64,000 nt of DNA from Lama glama (lineage: Eukaryota), in the NCBI GenBank assembly GCA_028534125.1, contig CM052816.1, forward strand, positions 22,012,001 to 22,076,000, written 5' to 3'. The position numbers and the translations under genes are program-made. The notes beneath the pieces were generated by a model that was given only the letters and a program-made list of their open reading frames with translations, was not told the origin of the DNA and made no database searches. Of the stretch, positions 25,851-38,310 are shown piece by piece (position 1 is the first letter of the stretch; each line of letters begins with the position of its first letter).

Positions 25851-26302
25851 TTAATGCCTGACAGGCTGGGATAGTTAGCACAGAATCTTATCATTGACTT
25901 GTTCATGTGAATTCCTGTCTTATCTGTTTTAAAAATATTTAGCTCTTTCAAGGTAAAAACATTTTCTTTCAGTTTCCTCGTACATAGCTAGTACTCAACA
26001 AACTTGTGGCATGAACGAATGAATGAATAATCAAAAGACTGGTGAAAGTTAAATTCTAGATTAAAGGATACAGAGTTCTGGTAATGATTTGCTACCTATG
26101 ATGATTTCTGTAAGATATCTAAGGGTGTTTGTTATTGAGTTACTTTACTATTTCATTCTCCACTGTTAAGGATTCTTTGGCAGCAGCTCTCAGAATTTTG
26201 CATTCTTTTTTTTTTCTGTTTTTGTTTAGTGTCTCTCCTTGCCTCATTTCATTAACATTATCTTAGAAAACTGTATTTTAAGATTAATTCTTTGTTTTCC
26301 AG

Positions 26303-26500
26303 CATCCAGTATTGGATGAACCAATAGCAGAAGCTGTCTGTATTATAGCAGATATGGATAAATGGACTGTTCAAGTCGCCAGTAGCCAGAGACGAATGAC
26401 AGACAATAAACTGGGAAAGGAAGTATTGGTTTCCAGTCTTGTTTCCAATCTGCTTCATTCCACTCTTCAGCTATATAAACATAACTTGTCTCCAAATTTT
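26303..26500 (+). CDS. FNIP1: FNIP1 coding exon (exon 16 equivalent), [25 protein letters not shown]...[10 protein letters not shown]
   Basis: tttgttttccAG acceptor, TTT|gtaagt donor; 198 nt, phase 0-0. Confidence 0.97.
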
Positions 26501-26585
26501 GTAAGTATGTGTAAGACTTGAATTAATAATTTGTGCCTACATGGAATACCACTGTTAGCTTCATCATTGTTTTCCTGAAAGAAAG

Positions 26586-26948
26586 GGTTATGGACTGAAC
26601 GCGTTTCCCTAAAATCAGTGTGTTGAAGCCATAACTCCTCAGTGTAATATATTTAGAGTTGGGCCTTGGGAAGGTAATTAGGGTTAGATTAGGCCATGAG
26701 AGTGGGACTCCCATGATGGAATTAGTGGCCTTGTGAAAGAGGAAGAGAAAGATTGTACTCTCTCCACCATGTGAGGACACAGAGAGGAGGCAGCCATCTA
26801 CCAGCCAGGAAGAGAGTTCTCACTGAAACTCAGCCATATGGGCACCCTGATCCCAGACTTTGAGCCTCCAGAACTGTGAGAAAATAATTCTGTTATTTAA
26901 GCAATTGAGTCTGGTATTTTATTATGGCAGCTTAAGCTGACTAAGACA
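26586..26948 (+). mobile_element. MLT1A-like solo LTR (ERVL-MaLR)
   Basis: Starts (t/g)gttatggactgaa, ends gctgactaagaca; internal cctccagaactgtgagaaaataa; 5-bp TSD GAAAG at 26581-26585 and 26949-26953. Confidence 0.85.
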
Positions 26949-27239
26949 GAAAGGGATGTATATATGTGAATATAGTCTGTGATTTCAGCAGCCAGAACTT
27001 AGTGCCTGACTTAGTATCATGTAAGGTATGGACATACAATATCCCCAAGCTTTGTGCAGAATGTCAGTGCATTCTAGATCCTCATTATCATGTCAAGACT
27101 TTGAATGATCCCTCTTTGTAACACTGGTAACCTCTTACTGAACACACCATTTCCAGCTTCCAGGGTTCTTTCTTTTTCTTGTTAGGAGAACCATAATATA
27201 GCATAGTTAAAAACCTTTGTAGACAAACACGGTAAGGAT

Positions 27240-29385
27240 CAGATATGACAAACCCACAACTGACATTATACTCAGTGGTGAAAGACTGAAGGTTTACCTG
27301 TAAGAACAGGGACAAGACACTGGATGCTCACTCTCACCACTTTCCTTCAACATAGTATTAGAACGTCTCCTAGCATTATAACTCAATAAAAAAATGTTAA
27401 AAAAAGAAAGAAAATCCTAGCAGCGCTGTTAAGAAAGAAGAAGAAACAAAAGGCATCCAGATTGGAAAGGAAGAAGTAAAATTATCCCTTCTTGCAAATA
27501 TGATCTTATATGAAGAAAACTTAAAGATTCCACCAAAAAAACCCGACACAGCTAATAAATGAATTCAGCTAAGTTGCAAGATAACAAATCAGCACACAAA
27601 GATATTTGCATTTCCATATGCTAGGAATGAACAGCCTGAAGAGGAAATTAAGGAAGCACTTAATTTAATAGCCACTTAATAGCATGCAAAGAATAAATTA
27701 CTTAGGAATAAATTTAACAAAGGAGGCAAAAGACTTGTACACTGAAAACTGCAAAATATCTCTGAGAGAAATTAAAGACATAAATAAATGAAAAGACATC
27801 TCATGTTCATTGATGGGAAGACTTGGTATTTTTAAGATGATACCAAGTATGAAGTTGGACTCCCACCTCCTAATTTCAAAGCTTAAAGAGTGACAGTAAT
27901 CAAAATAGTGTGGTACTAGCATAAGGATAGACACAGACCAACAGAATATAGTATCCCCCAAATAAACCCTCACAAATATGGTCAGTTGATGTTTTGGACA
28001 GGAAAGCCAGGACTATTCAAAGGGGAAAGGAGTCTTTTCAACAAATCATGCTGGAAAACTGAATATCCACATGCAGAAGAATGAAATTGAGTCCTTCCTT
28101 TATACCATATACAAAAATGAACTCAAATTTAAATGTAAACTTAAACAAACCTAAACTTAAGTACTAAAACTATAAAACTCTGAAGAAAACATAGGGGACA
28201 ATCTTCATGATATTGGATTTGGCAGTGATTCCTTGGAATTGACATCAAAAGCACAGGCAGTAATCTATAATGAAAAAATATGAAAATAAATATATGTATG
28301 TACATGTATGACTGAAACATAATGCTGTACACCAGAAGTTGACACAACATTGTATATAAATTGACTCTACTTCAATAAGAAATAAATTAATTTTAAAATT
28401 AAGTAAATAAGCACAGGCAACAAAAGTAAAACAGATAAACTGGGACTTCATCAAACTAAAAAGTGTTATATACCAAAGGACATTGTCAACAGAGTGAAAA
28501 AAAAAAAAAAACAAAACACAGAACAGGAGGAAATATTTGCTAATCATATATCTGAAAAGAAATTGTTATCCAGAATTTATAGAGAACTACAATGCAACAG
28601 CAACTAAGAAACAACTCATTGAAATTGAAAAATAGGCAAAGGACTTGAATAGACATTTCTGTAAAGAAGATATACAAATGGCCGGTAAGCACGTGAGATG
28701 TTCAACATCATTCATTAGTCATTAGGAAAATGCAAATCGAAACCATGGTGAGATACCACTTCACACCCATAAGGATGGATATAAGCAAACAAGACTCAAA
28801 AATAACTGAGTATTGGTGAGGGTGTGGAGAATCTGGAACCCCTGTGCGTTGCTGGTGTCAATGTAAAATGGTGCAGCTACTGTGGAAAACAGTTTGGCAG
28901 TTCCTCAGAAAGTTTACCACTGTACTGTCAAGTGATCCAGCAAGTCTCCTTCTAGGTTTACACTCAAAACAGTTGAAAGCAGGGACTGAAACAGTTATAC
29001 TGTAATGTTCACAGCAATATTATTTGCAGTAGCAAAAACTGGAAATAACTCATGATCATAAATGTGGTGTAATACGTGATTGAAACATTATGCTAAGTGA
29101 AATATGCGAAATACAAAAGGACAAATATTGTATGGTCCCACTTATATGAGGTACCTAGAACAGGCACATTCATAAAAACAGAAAGTAGATAGAGGTTACC
29201 AGGGGCTGGGGAAGGAGGAAGTGAGGGGTATATTGTGTACTGGGTACAGAGTTTCTGCTTGGGGTAATGAAAAAAAATTCTGGAAATGGATAGTGATGAT
29301 GGTGCACAACATTGTGAAAATATTTAATGCCACTGAATTGTATACCTTAAAACGGATAATATGGTAACTTGTGTTTTACATATGT
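27240..29385 (+). mobile_element. Old L1 (L1MB-like) ORF2 3' half plus 3'UTR, sense orientation
   Basis: gacaaacccaca...aaaggcatccagattggaaaggaagaagtaaaattatc...atagacatttctgtaaagaagatatacaaatggcc...gccactgaattgtatacc. Confidence 0.88.
28260..28408 (+). mobile_element. Young short L1 3' tail nested in the older L1
   Basis: actgaaacataatgctgtacaccagaagttgacacaacattgta; perfect 11-bp TSD AAGCACAGGCA at 28249-28259 and 28409-28419. Confidence 0.85.
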
Positions 29386-30271
29386 ATATATGTGTAATAA
29401 ACTATGTACATATACATTAGTTATATAATATACATGTATTTTGTAAATATTTTATTCTTCACTTGAGGCATTTTCAGCCTACATGTGCATTATAGTACAA
29501 ACTATACACCACAAAACATTAAGTGTGCCAACAAATCCATTCATTTGTGGTTTTTTCAAGAAGAAAATGGATTTTTATTAGGAGCTGTAACAGCTGATTT
29601 TCATTGGAAAGGAATACTCTGCATGAATTTAGTGTTTTAACACCTGTACTGTCATGTCTTTTCCTCAAACATATATAGCATCAATTAACATGAAAAATCA
29701 CTTATTTTAGTAAATTGAGCAAGTTAATTGACAATAAACAAAATGTATATGTTTCAGTTTTTAATGTGCCAGCTTATAAACATTTCTTTTCTAGTGAGGA
29801 CTATAGAGCATTCTCTGTGAGCCGTTAACAAACTTTTTTCTTTTGGTCTTGACAGGATAATGCGGCCTTTCCAATGTAAATACATGTCTAATGTGTTATA
29901 TAAGAGTCGTATCTACCAAATTTGAAATATGGATTGTGGTGATAGTTGCACAACATTTCCAATGTAGTTAATGCTTCTCAGTTGTGCAGTTAAAATGGTT
30001 AATTTTATATTTAAAATAGTAAATTTTATCTTATGTGTAGTTTACCACGTTTAAGAAAAAAAAAACCTGTAGAACCTAAATCTTTGATATGAGCTAGAAA
30101 AGGGTGTACATTTCTTTGGCTAAAATCACGTGCTTTAAAAATGTGCTCCAAATGGTAGTTTATGTTGGAATAACTACATAATTGAATTGTCAGATACCAT
30201 GCTTTGGAATTTGCCATTACTTAGAGCTACGCACTTTCTGACCTGGTTCTTGGTTCCCTTTCCACCTGCAG

Positions 30272-30387
30272 TGTGTAATGCATCTTGAAGACCGGTTACA
30301 AGAGCTGTACTTCAAGAGCAAAATGCTGTCTGAGTACCTGAGAGGGCAGATGCGTGTCCATGTCAAGGAGCTGGGAGTGGTTCTAGG
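30272..30387 (+). CDS. FNIP1: FNIP1 coding exon (exon 17 equivalent), [38 protein letters not shown](G)
   Basis: ttccctttccacctgcAG acceptor, CTAGG|gtatgt donor; 116 nt; in frame with both neighbouring exons. Confidence 0.97.
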
Positions 30388-32224
30388 GTATGTTCCTGTT
30401 TTCTTTCCTAGCTTTGGTTTTTCATTGCACTGTCTTTAGGCAAGGAATATTCTTCAGAACTGCCTTTTTTCCTTTTAAGTGTTTCCTCTTGTTAGAAGCT
30501 GTACATTGTTGTCATCTGGATTGCTCTATGCCATATAAAAGCAGATACTTGTCCTCCAGTGATCTGAAAGGCATTGTCTCTTCTGCCAGTAAGTTGAGAA
30601 TATAGTCAGATAAAAGTGAATTAAAATCTAAATTTTTGCATTAGAAAAAACCCAGTCAATATTCATCTTTATTTATTAAATATATTATAGACTTATCATT
30701 CCCAGCATCTGCCCTGCCATATAAATGAGCTGTTTGTAGTAACGGCACTCTGGATAGAAGTATGTTATCTGAATAGTGTTACTCCTTCCTCACTGTGTAT
30801 ATATTATTTCTTTATACTGTGCAGTTATTCCTAGGAAGAAGCTAGTTATCTAAAATGCTTACTGGAGGATGAACAGGAAATTGGTGAGAGACATCGTATA
30901 GCCTCTTTATTGTATTTTGTGGTCACTTTCCTTATGTTCTGTGGTGACTTTTCACATGTGTTTGTGTGTGTATATGAATTGTTTCTTGAAATGCTGGTTG
31001 AATAAAACAAGCTAGAAGCATCAGTGAGTGGCTACTGTCTGTCTGAAGCCAGATTAAATTCTTTCATTAATGTTATTCTTTATTGAGAGTGAAAATAGAT
31101 GATTCTCAGTAATGCCTTTACTTTTCAAAAATTTAAACTAATTTTTAAGTAATATACATATAACCAAAGTGTACAGTGCATTTTGTTATAAAATGAAAAG
31201 TAAGTTGTATTGTCTTCTCCCCAACTTCCAGTCCTCATCCACACATAGTTAATGGATTGTTTCTTCTTACAGCATTTTTAAAATATATGTACTCTATCAT
31301 TGTGCAGCTTGCCTTTTAATAGATCTTGAATGTTCATTAAAGCACATAGTGCACATTACTGATCTGTATCATTTTTAATGACTGTATTGCATTCCATTAT
31401 TTGGTGGAATTTAGATTATTTTCAGTTTTTTGCTGTTACAGATCAACACTGGAATAAATATAAATCTTTGAAGTCTGTAGGATAACTTCTTTGAAGTAGA
31501 GTTTTTGGTTAAAGGGCATGTGTATTAAATTGTTGATAGATACTGATATTTATTTTGACATAGTAATAGTAAATGCTATCCAGAAAGTACCAGAATAAAT
31601 TCTCACAAACAGTGGGAAGCCTACTCTTCCTATGACTCACTGTAACCAAACTTTTTAATCTTTGCTGAGCTACTAGCTAAAAAATGGAGTCTGATTTTAT
31701 TCAGGTTTATTCTCTAACCATGAGTAAGTCTGCATGACTTTCCCTGTATCTAATGGCCATTTTTCTTTTCCGGTAAATTTTTTGTGGTAGGATGTATTTT
31801 TAAGAAGCTACCATTACTTCTTCCCAGTACATCTTGTTATAGATACACTTGTATCCAAAACAATATGTGTGCACTCTATTATTTTGTCATTATACTGTGT
31901 AGTATTTATTAGACATTGTCCCTTGCCCTGATGCATGGTCTATCAGCAGATCAGTGAGATGGTTTTCTAAATCCATGACTTCGTTATCATTGGGTTCAGA
32001 ACCTTTCTTTTAAAAAAATCTTTAGTTATGGTTTTTACTTGCTGAAAAATGTCTAACTTTCATTCTCTTCGGTTCTCTTACCCTTTTTCCTTTTAGCTAG
32101 GGTAGCTTACTTAGGTCCTTGATTGTTGACATATAGTGACTTTACAGGTAGCCATCATTGCCTATAGAACTCATGTACTGGGTACAGAAAACCTGAACTG
32201 AGTTTTTTTTTTTTTTAATTTCAG

Positions 32225-32303
32225 AATTGAATCCAGTGATCTTCCTCTTCTGGCTGCTGTAGCAAGCACTCACTCGCCATATGTTGCTCAGATACTCCTT
32301 TAA
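32225..32303 (+). CDS. FNIP1: FNIP1 terminal coding exon, [25 protein letters not shown]
   Basis: T-run aatttcAG acceptor; TAA stop at 32301-32303; recognised FNIP1 C-terminus. Confidence 0.97.
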
Positions 32304-35020
32304 CATAAAGGCTGTTAGAAATTAACTTCCGTGGAAAGTTGAATAGAAACCAAGGAAGCAGTGACAGCATGCATTTATGGCATTTTTTTTTCCTCTGTTA
32401 GAATCCATCTAAATGAGTCAGTCGCCTGAGTATCCTTCATTGCAGTGCATATTGTATGATCATTGGATGGCTTTTTCCTTTTGATTGGACTTTTGAATGG
32501 CAGTAGATTTTTAACCAGGTGAAACTAAAAACAGGATAAATAATTTTGGGGAAAAGCATTTGAAGAAGCCAAAGTGTAACTTAAGAAATTTCTACAAAAT
32601 GAGTAATTGAGGCATTTCATATGATCACTACAGTGTTGCCACAGCTCATAAGTACCAACAGATGTCTCATGATTAAATTACTCAAAATAGACATTCATTG
32701 GTTTTAATTCTTTATTTCTAAGGTACAGAGATCTGTAAAACCTTGATTATTTGTTGTTTTGTTTTTTAGTTCAAAATAGCTAATTTCTAGGTATTTCTTG
32801 AAGTATTTTAAACAGCTTGTTAATTATAATAAACTCAGAATAATGCATATAAATCTGTGTTATGTTATCCATCCAAGTGTACATATGTATCTATTTTTTA
32901 AAAAAGCAGAGGTAGAAATATGAGATTGGTAAACACAACTTTTAAAAAATATTTTAAATTAGTACTAATTGATTCTGATGTTGAAATACTACTTTCTGGT
33001 GATTTTTCTGTTTCACACACCCTAAAATATAAGTAAAGCAAATCTTTTTTTTTAAGGCTGAGGAATATAGATTCCCAAAATAAGAATACTACTTTATACC
33101 ATTTGTTTTGTTTATAAGTATAAGCCAATTCTTAAAAATGTTAATATTTACATGTTTTCATCTAATTTAATAAATTAAAATTAGAATTAAAAATTACACC
33201 AAAGCATTGGCAAAAATAATACTATTTAAAAGTGCTCAGGTAGTCAAGGCCTTTGCTTTTGGTATCGGCCCTTCTTGAACTCATAGGAACTGAGTATTTG
33301 TTTCAGTGCTTCATAATTTTCAGTTTACACTAATAGAACTCATTAACTCTTAAAATTATTCTCTTTTCTCTAGTAGCTCCTCCGTCCCAAAAGCTAATTT
33401 TTTTCAAAGATTTTAACTTTTCATTTGTTACTGTTTTTGTATATACTGTAGAGTGTTTGTTGCTTATGAGAAAGGCTAATATGGAACCAAACTCTTGTAA
33501 GTAATTAATGTAAATAGGAAGATGGGTAGATAAAGTTTTCAATATGCTCTACTACCTCAGTTTACTTAAAATACTACATTATAGTTTATCCTTTACTTAT
33601 CTGGTCTAAGATACTTTTAACTCTAGAAGTGAAGCTGGTTTCTGCTTTCATGAACCATTTTCATCATAATTAGTTTCTTAGCTTAAAAAAGAAGACCACT
33701 TGCTCATTCTGTTACTGAGTACATTTAGTGTATAAATGCATCCATTCTTGGTGTTCAAAATTTTCAGTAATTAGGAAAATTTCTGTGGTTTATTAGTCTT
33801 TGACCTTGAATTTATAGCACTGGGTAATATTTTGCCTTGCTCTTTATGTATCAAAGGAATCTCCAAATAGACTAAGAAGAAATGGTTATTTTAATAGACT
33901 GTAAACCTGAAATTGGTGTGCCTGCAGTTTGGCCCCTGTGTCCTAACGGCCAGTCCAAGTTAGTACCTGAGTCTCCCATGGATGACTTGCTGTCAAAAAA
34001 GTGTTCATGGATATATTTTCTTTGGCTTAATTTTTTTATTCCATTCACTAACAAAATTCTTCTTTCTTCTGTTGTTTGGAATTCTGTGAATCCATCCCTT
34101 TGGCAGAATTCATAATATAGAAAAGATCAGATGTGGGCCATTGTATATCATTTTTATTGTGATTCAGAATATGCAGCAGGTAGACAATGTCTATTTTTGT
34201 GTTTTTTTAATTAATCACCAAACTATTCACAGTCCTCCTATCACAGAGATATCTTTGAAATCTCTAATAAATTACCATTTAGGAAATCTAGTCTTTAATA
34301 AATAGATGGCTCATGCTACTGTTATTCTTAAAACTAAGCTTTGCTTGGAAGGAAAAGGCCTATAGTTTCTTATGGAATCATTAATCCTTATAGGATTCCT
34401 GAGTTTTATAATTTCCAATTCTTCTGTAATTTCTTCTTCCTTCATCATAGTCATTCTTTCATTATACAAAGCCCAAGGAATGAGCTGCTACTTTTGTAAA
34501 GTGTGGTCATTAGGATGAATGTGAAGAGAGTTTTGGCTTGTTTGAAATAATTTTTTCAACTTCTTACGGTACAGATATGTGTTATATATTTTAAAAACAT
34601 GTTTGTTGCAACAGGAAGTGAAAAAGGGATCTTTTACATCATAGATTTAAAACTAATTTTTCCTGTATATAAACTAATTGGTTTGATTTGAAATATTCCT
34701 GGCTTTTATTAATATGTCTTAATTTTGAGTTTGAAAATGTTAAGTGCAATAAACATACTAGCACAGATTTCCTTTTGTTGCAATTGGCATACACTGGGGA
34801 TGATCACTTTTTGAAAAAAAAAAAAGATTTACCCAATGTGTCCTTTGGTAGATGTCTTGTAAGACTGTTATGCTTTCTCTAAGTTATTTAGATGGTGGGA
34901 GACATAAAATGTAAATACTTGTTTCTTGTTCTGTATACATTTCTCAAATGTACACCTGTATTATAATAACCTCCCAGTTCTAGGGGATATTTGTGCAATA
35001 AATACACATGTCAATTTGAT
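32304..35020 (+). other. FNIP1: FNIP1 3'UTR (~2.7 kb, AU-rich, no recognisable interspersed repeats); 3' end approximate
   Basis: Follows the stop codon; AATAAA at 34748-34753 and 34997-35002, the latter followed by GT/T-rich sequence; MIR-like sequence resumes after ~35200. Confidence 0.75.
34997..35002 (+). terminator. Probable distal FNIP1 polyadenylation signal (alternative at 34748-34753)
   Basis: AATAAA with upstream TGTA elements (e.g. 34910, 34933, 34949) and downstream GGGTGATATGGTCTTTCTTT. Confidence 0.65.
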
Positions 35021-37734
35021 GGGTGATATGGTCTTTCTTTCACATGTTAATAAGGTATATGTAACATCACGGACTCCAGTGCCAGCCCACCTGTGTTCTT
35101 TTCCCAAGTAGGACACTCCTAGGCATGTGACCTTGTTCAAAATGTTCTTCTCTTATCCTAAAGTTCCATTTGTCCTTTTCTAATCCTAAATTTCTGTATT
35201 GGTAATTTACTAGAAACTTCTTTATGAGGTTGTTGTAAGAATCAAGTGAAATAATGAATGTCAAGAATTTATCTCAATGCTTGGCACCTTCCAAATGCTC
35301 AGTAATTTGGAGGTGCTACTATTACTAGGTCATCTGTCTAGCCTCTTCTCTACAGCCCCTATCTATTCTGCAGTGCGGAGAGTTTAACATATATCTTTTG
35401 AGTTATAGTAACAAAAAAAGTATGGTATATTTTTACATTTGAGCTAACTTTCACAATGACAAATTGAAAATTTCCTTAAATGTTTTTATTAAAACTGAAA
35501 AATCATTTAAGACAAGAAGAAGCCATGTAAACTTGTTAAGAACACTGTATCTTATACAAATTGCTACTGACTTTACAATTAAACAAAAGTCGGCCAGTTG
35601 GTTTGGGTTCTAATCCAAATTTGTTCATTGATTCACATGTCACTCTGAGCAAGGCTGTTTTCTTCATCTGCATTGTGGGGAAGTCATCAATCCTTAGCAC
35701 CTGCTCTGCAGCAGCAATTCAATCCTGAATAGGGCTTTTGGGAAGGTGCCCTACTCAGTCTAGGTTGATTTGGGCAGTATTATGCGAAGAGGCAGGATTA
35801 GGCCAATGGCTATTTTTGCAGTGCCTGTTTTTTTTTTTATATCATTTTACATTTATCACTCTTAAGTTTGACCAGAGAGACGAAGTGCACTGTTTTAAAG
35901 CAAAGAGGAAGTACCAAGTATTTGGGAAGCATTTATCAGATATTTTAGAGGTTTAAAATTGGTACCTGTGTTTATATGTGCTGTTCCTTGATAAACATTT
36001 AGTAAAATCTTGAAATATTTCTGAGAGGCACAAATTTTGCTAGGGAGAAACTGAAATACAGAGAATTTAACCTGAGGTCATATAGTTTTTCCTAGCTCAG
36101 ACCAGAATGGTTTTCAACTAGGATGTGCTGACAAACATAAAATACCTGAGATTTAAGATTCAAGACTTCCCTAAAGAAAAGAAAATACAAGCAGTCCAAA
36201 AGAGATTTTTAAAGAATACGTGAAACTCCCATGTGTCAGGAGAACTTCGGTGGGGTTTTTGGTCATAAAGCATATGCTCAGGTCAGAGGCTTCTTTCTCG
36301 CCCATGCCCCAAGGCTTGGTACCCTTACAACATGTCCTTTAAAAGGGACTCTTCCTGGTAAAATTATCAGCCTAGACTGATCCCTCCATCACTTTGCAGA
36401 GAGTGCTCTGTCTGGGCTAAGACTGGTCAGACCTTCCACAGATATACCTGTATTTACTCTAAGGAGAGTATTCAGTTGAAGAGGCTTGAGATTTCTTCCT
36501 TTCCAAGTGACTATTTTAACAAGGACAGTTCAAAAACGTGTCTTTATATTCATCTCAGTGTGCAAAGTAAGATTACTGATAAAGGCAGTGTTACCTAAAT
36601 TGTCTCAAGGGGAATAATGTTGAAGTGTTACGTAAATTTATGGAAGATATTGCTATTTCCTGAAGAAACTTTGCCACTTTTATGTCACACATTTGGTCCA
36701 GCACTCACAAGTTAATATCCTTTGCTATGTTACAGGGGCTGGAATTAAGATGGGTCTGACTTGTCCAGAACTTGAATTAGTTTAGTTTTCAAATCTGGTC
36801 ACATATTAGAAACACCTAGGTAGCTTTTGAAAAGTGTTAATTTCTAGACTTCACCCTCAAAGATTCTCATTCAGTGATAGAAGCTGACCTGGATTTGGCC
36901 CAATAAGTGCTCTTACTTTTCTACTAGTCGTGAGTGACTCAGTCTCCCAGCATACCCTAAATCTCAATTCTCTACCCCATTTCAGGTGCTATTTAAACCA
37001 CTCCCATCTTTTTGTTGATTTGCTGCTGTTCTACCAAGATGGCCAGATGATCATGTCTGCCTAACGAGCATTCAGTTTTACATAATACAACAGTTGCCTA
37101 ACCAGACATCTTTCTTTGCAATTGGAGAGCAATCAAGTGCCTTTCAAACAACAAAATCTCCTGTTAATCACTTAGTCCTTAGATAGTTCCATTTGTTCAT
37201 TCAGCAAATACTAATTGAGCACCTCTTATGTGCTAGGCACGGATCTGGGTGCTGGGGACACAGTAGTAAATAACACAGACTTTCTCATGGGGTTGACATA
37301 TTTCCTGCTGTCTGGTTGTGGTGACTATGACAAAAATTAAGGTAGGGTAAGGAATTAAGCCACTTTTATGTTTTAAGACTTAACAATGTTTTTATTTTCC
37401 TAGGATTTAATTACTCTCATTCAGAACCGTTACATTTTCCTTTCAGATTCAAGTTGATGCTGGGGAGTTCTATCCTGGAGGTTGGCTTTTCCCTGAAAAT
37501 AGTTCCTAGAGCTTTCAGTGTTTTCATTTTTTTCAACTTACCAGAGCATAATAAGGGATTTTAAAGGACAAGATAGATTTTGAAAATATGCATAAACTTA
37601 GACATGTAAAGTTACAGTAGATATTAATATACTGTTTTTTACTGTTGCTATTTATGATAAAGCCCATATTAGTAAGTTATTTTTGTATACTTAATTCATT
37701 TTTCCTTGTTAAGTATTATATAAAATGAATAAAT

Positions 37735-38310
37735 ACACATGAACATAACCATCACTTAGGTCAAGAAGTAAATCATTTTCAGCAACTCAGAAGCCCCCAT
37801 CTCCATGTGCCATATCCTGATCATAATCCTCTCCCTTCTCATTTTTATAACAACCTGACTTTCATGAACATTTCCTTGTTTTCTTTTTATAGTTTTACTT
37901 CTGTGTATGCATTCCTAAGTGGTATACTTTAACTTTACTTGTTTGAGTTTTGCATAATTATGCTCCGTATTTTCTGTTTTCCTTTTTTTTCTGTCAGCAT
38001 TATGTTGGAGATTGATTCATGTGTTATGTAGCTGGTATTCCACTGAAGGAATATTCAGCAATTTTCCCATTCTATAATTGATGGACATTTGGGTTATTTC
38101 CAGTTTTTTGCTAATATGAAGAATGATCATTTTTGGTTCATCTTTTCTGGTGTACCTGGGTATTCTTTGGGACATATATCAAACGGTGGGCTTGCTATGA
38201 AAGGGTATGTTAAGTTTCAGCTTTACTAGATAACTTTCCCCTCAAGCGTTCCCACTTAAATGGCAGTTTCTGAGAGTTCTGTTTTTCCATGTCTTCATGA
38301 ATACTTAAAT
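37735..38310 (-). mobile_element. Old L1ME-like fragment in the FNIP1-RAPGEF6 intergenic region
   Basis: accatcacttaggtcaagaag...gatggacatttgggttatttccagttttttgcta. Confidence 0.6.
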
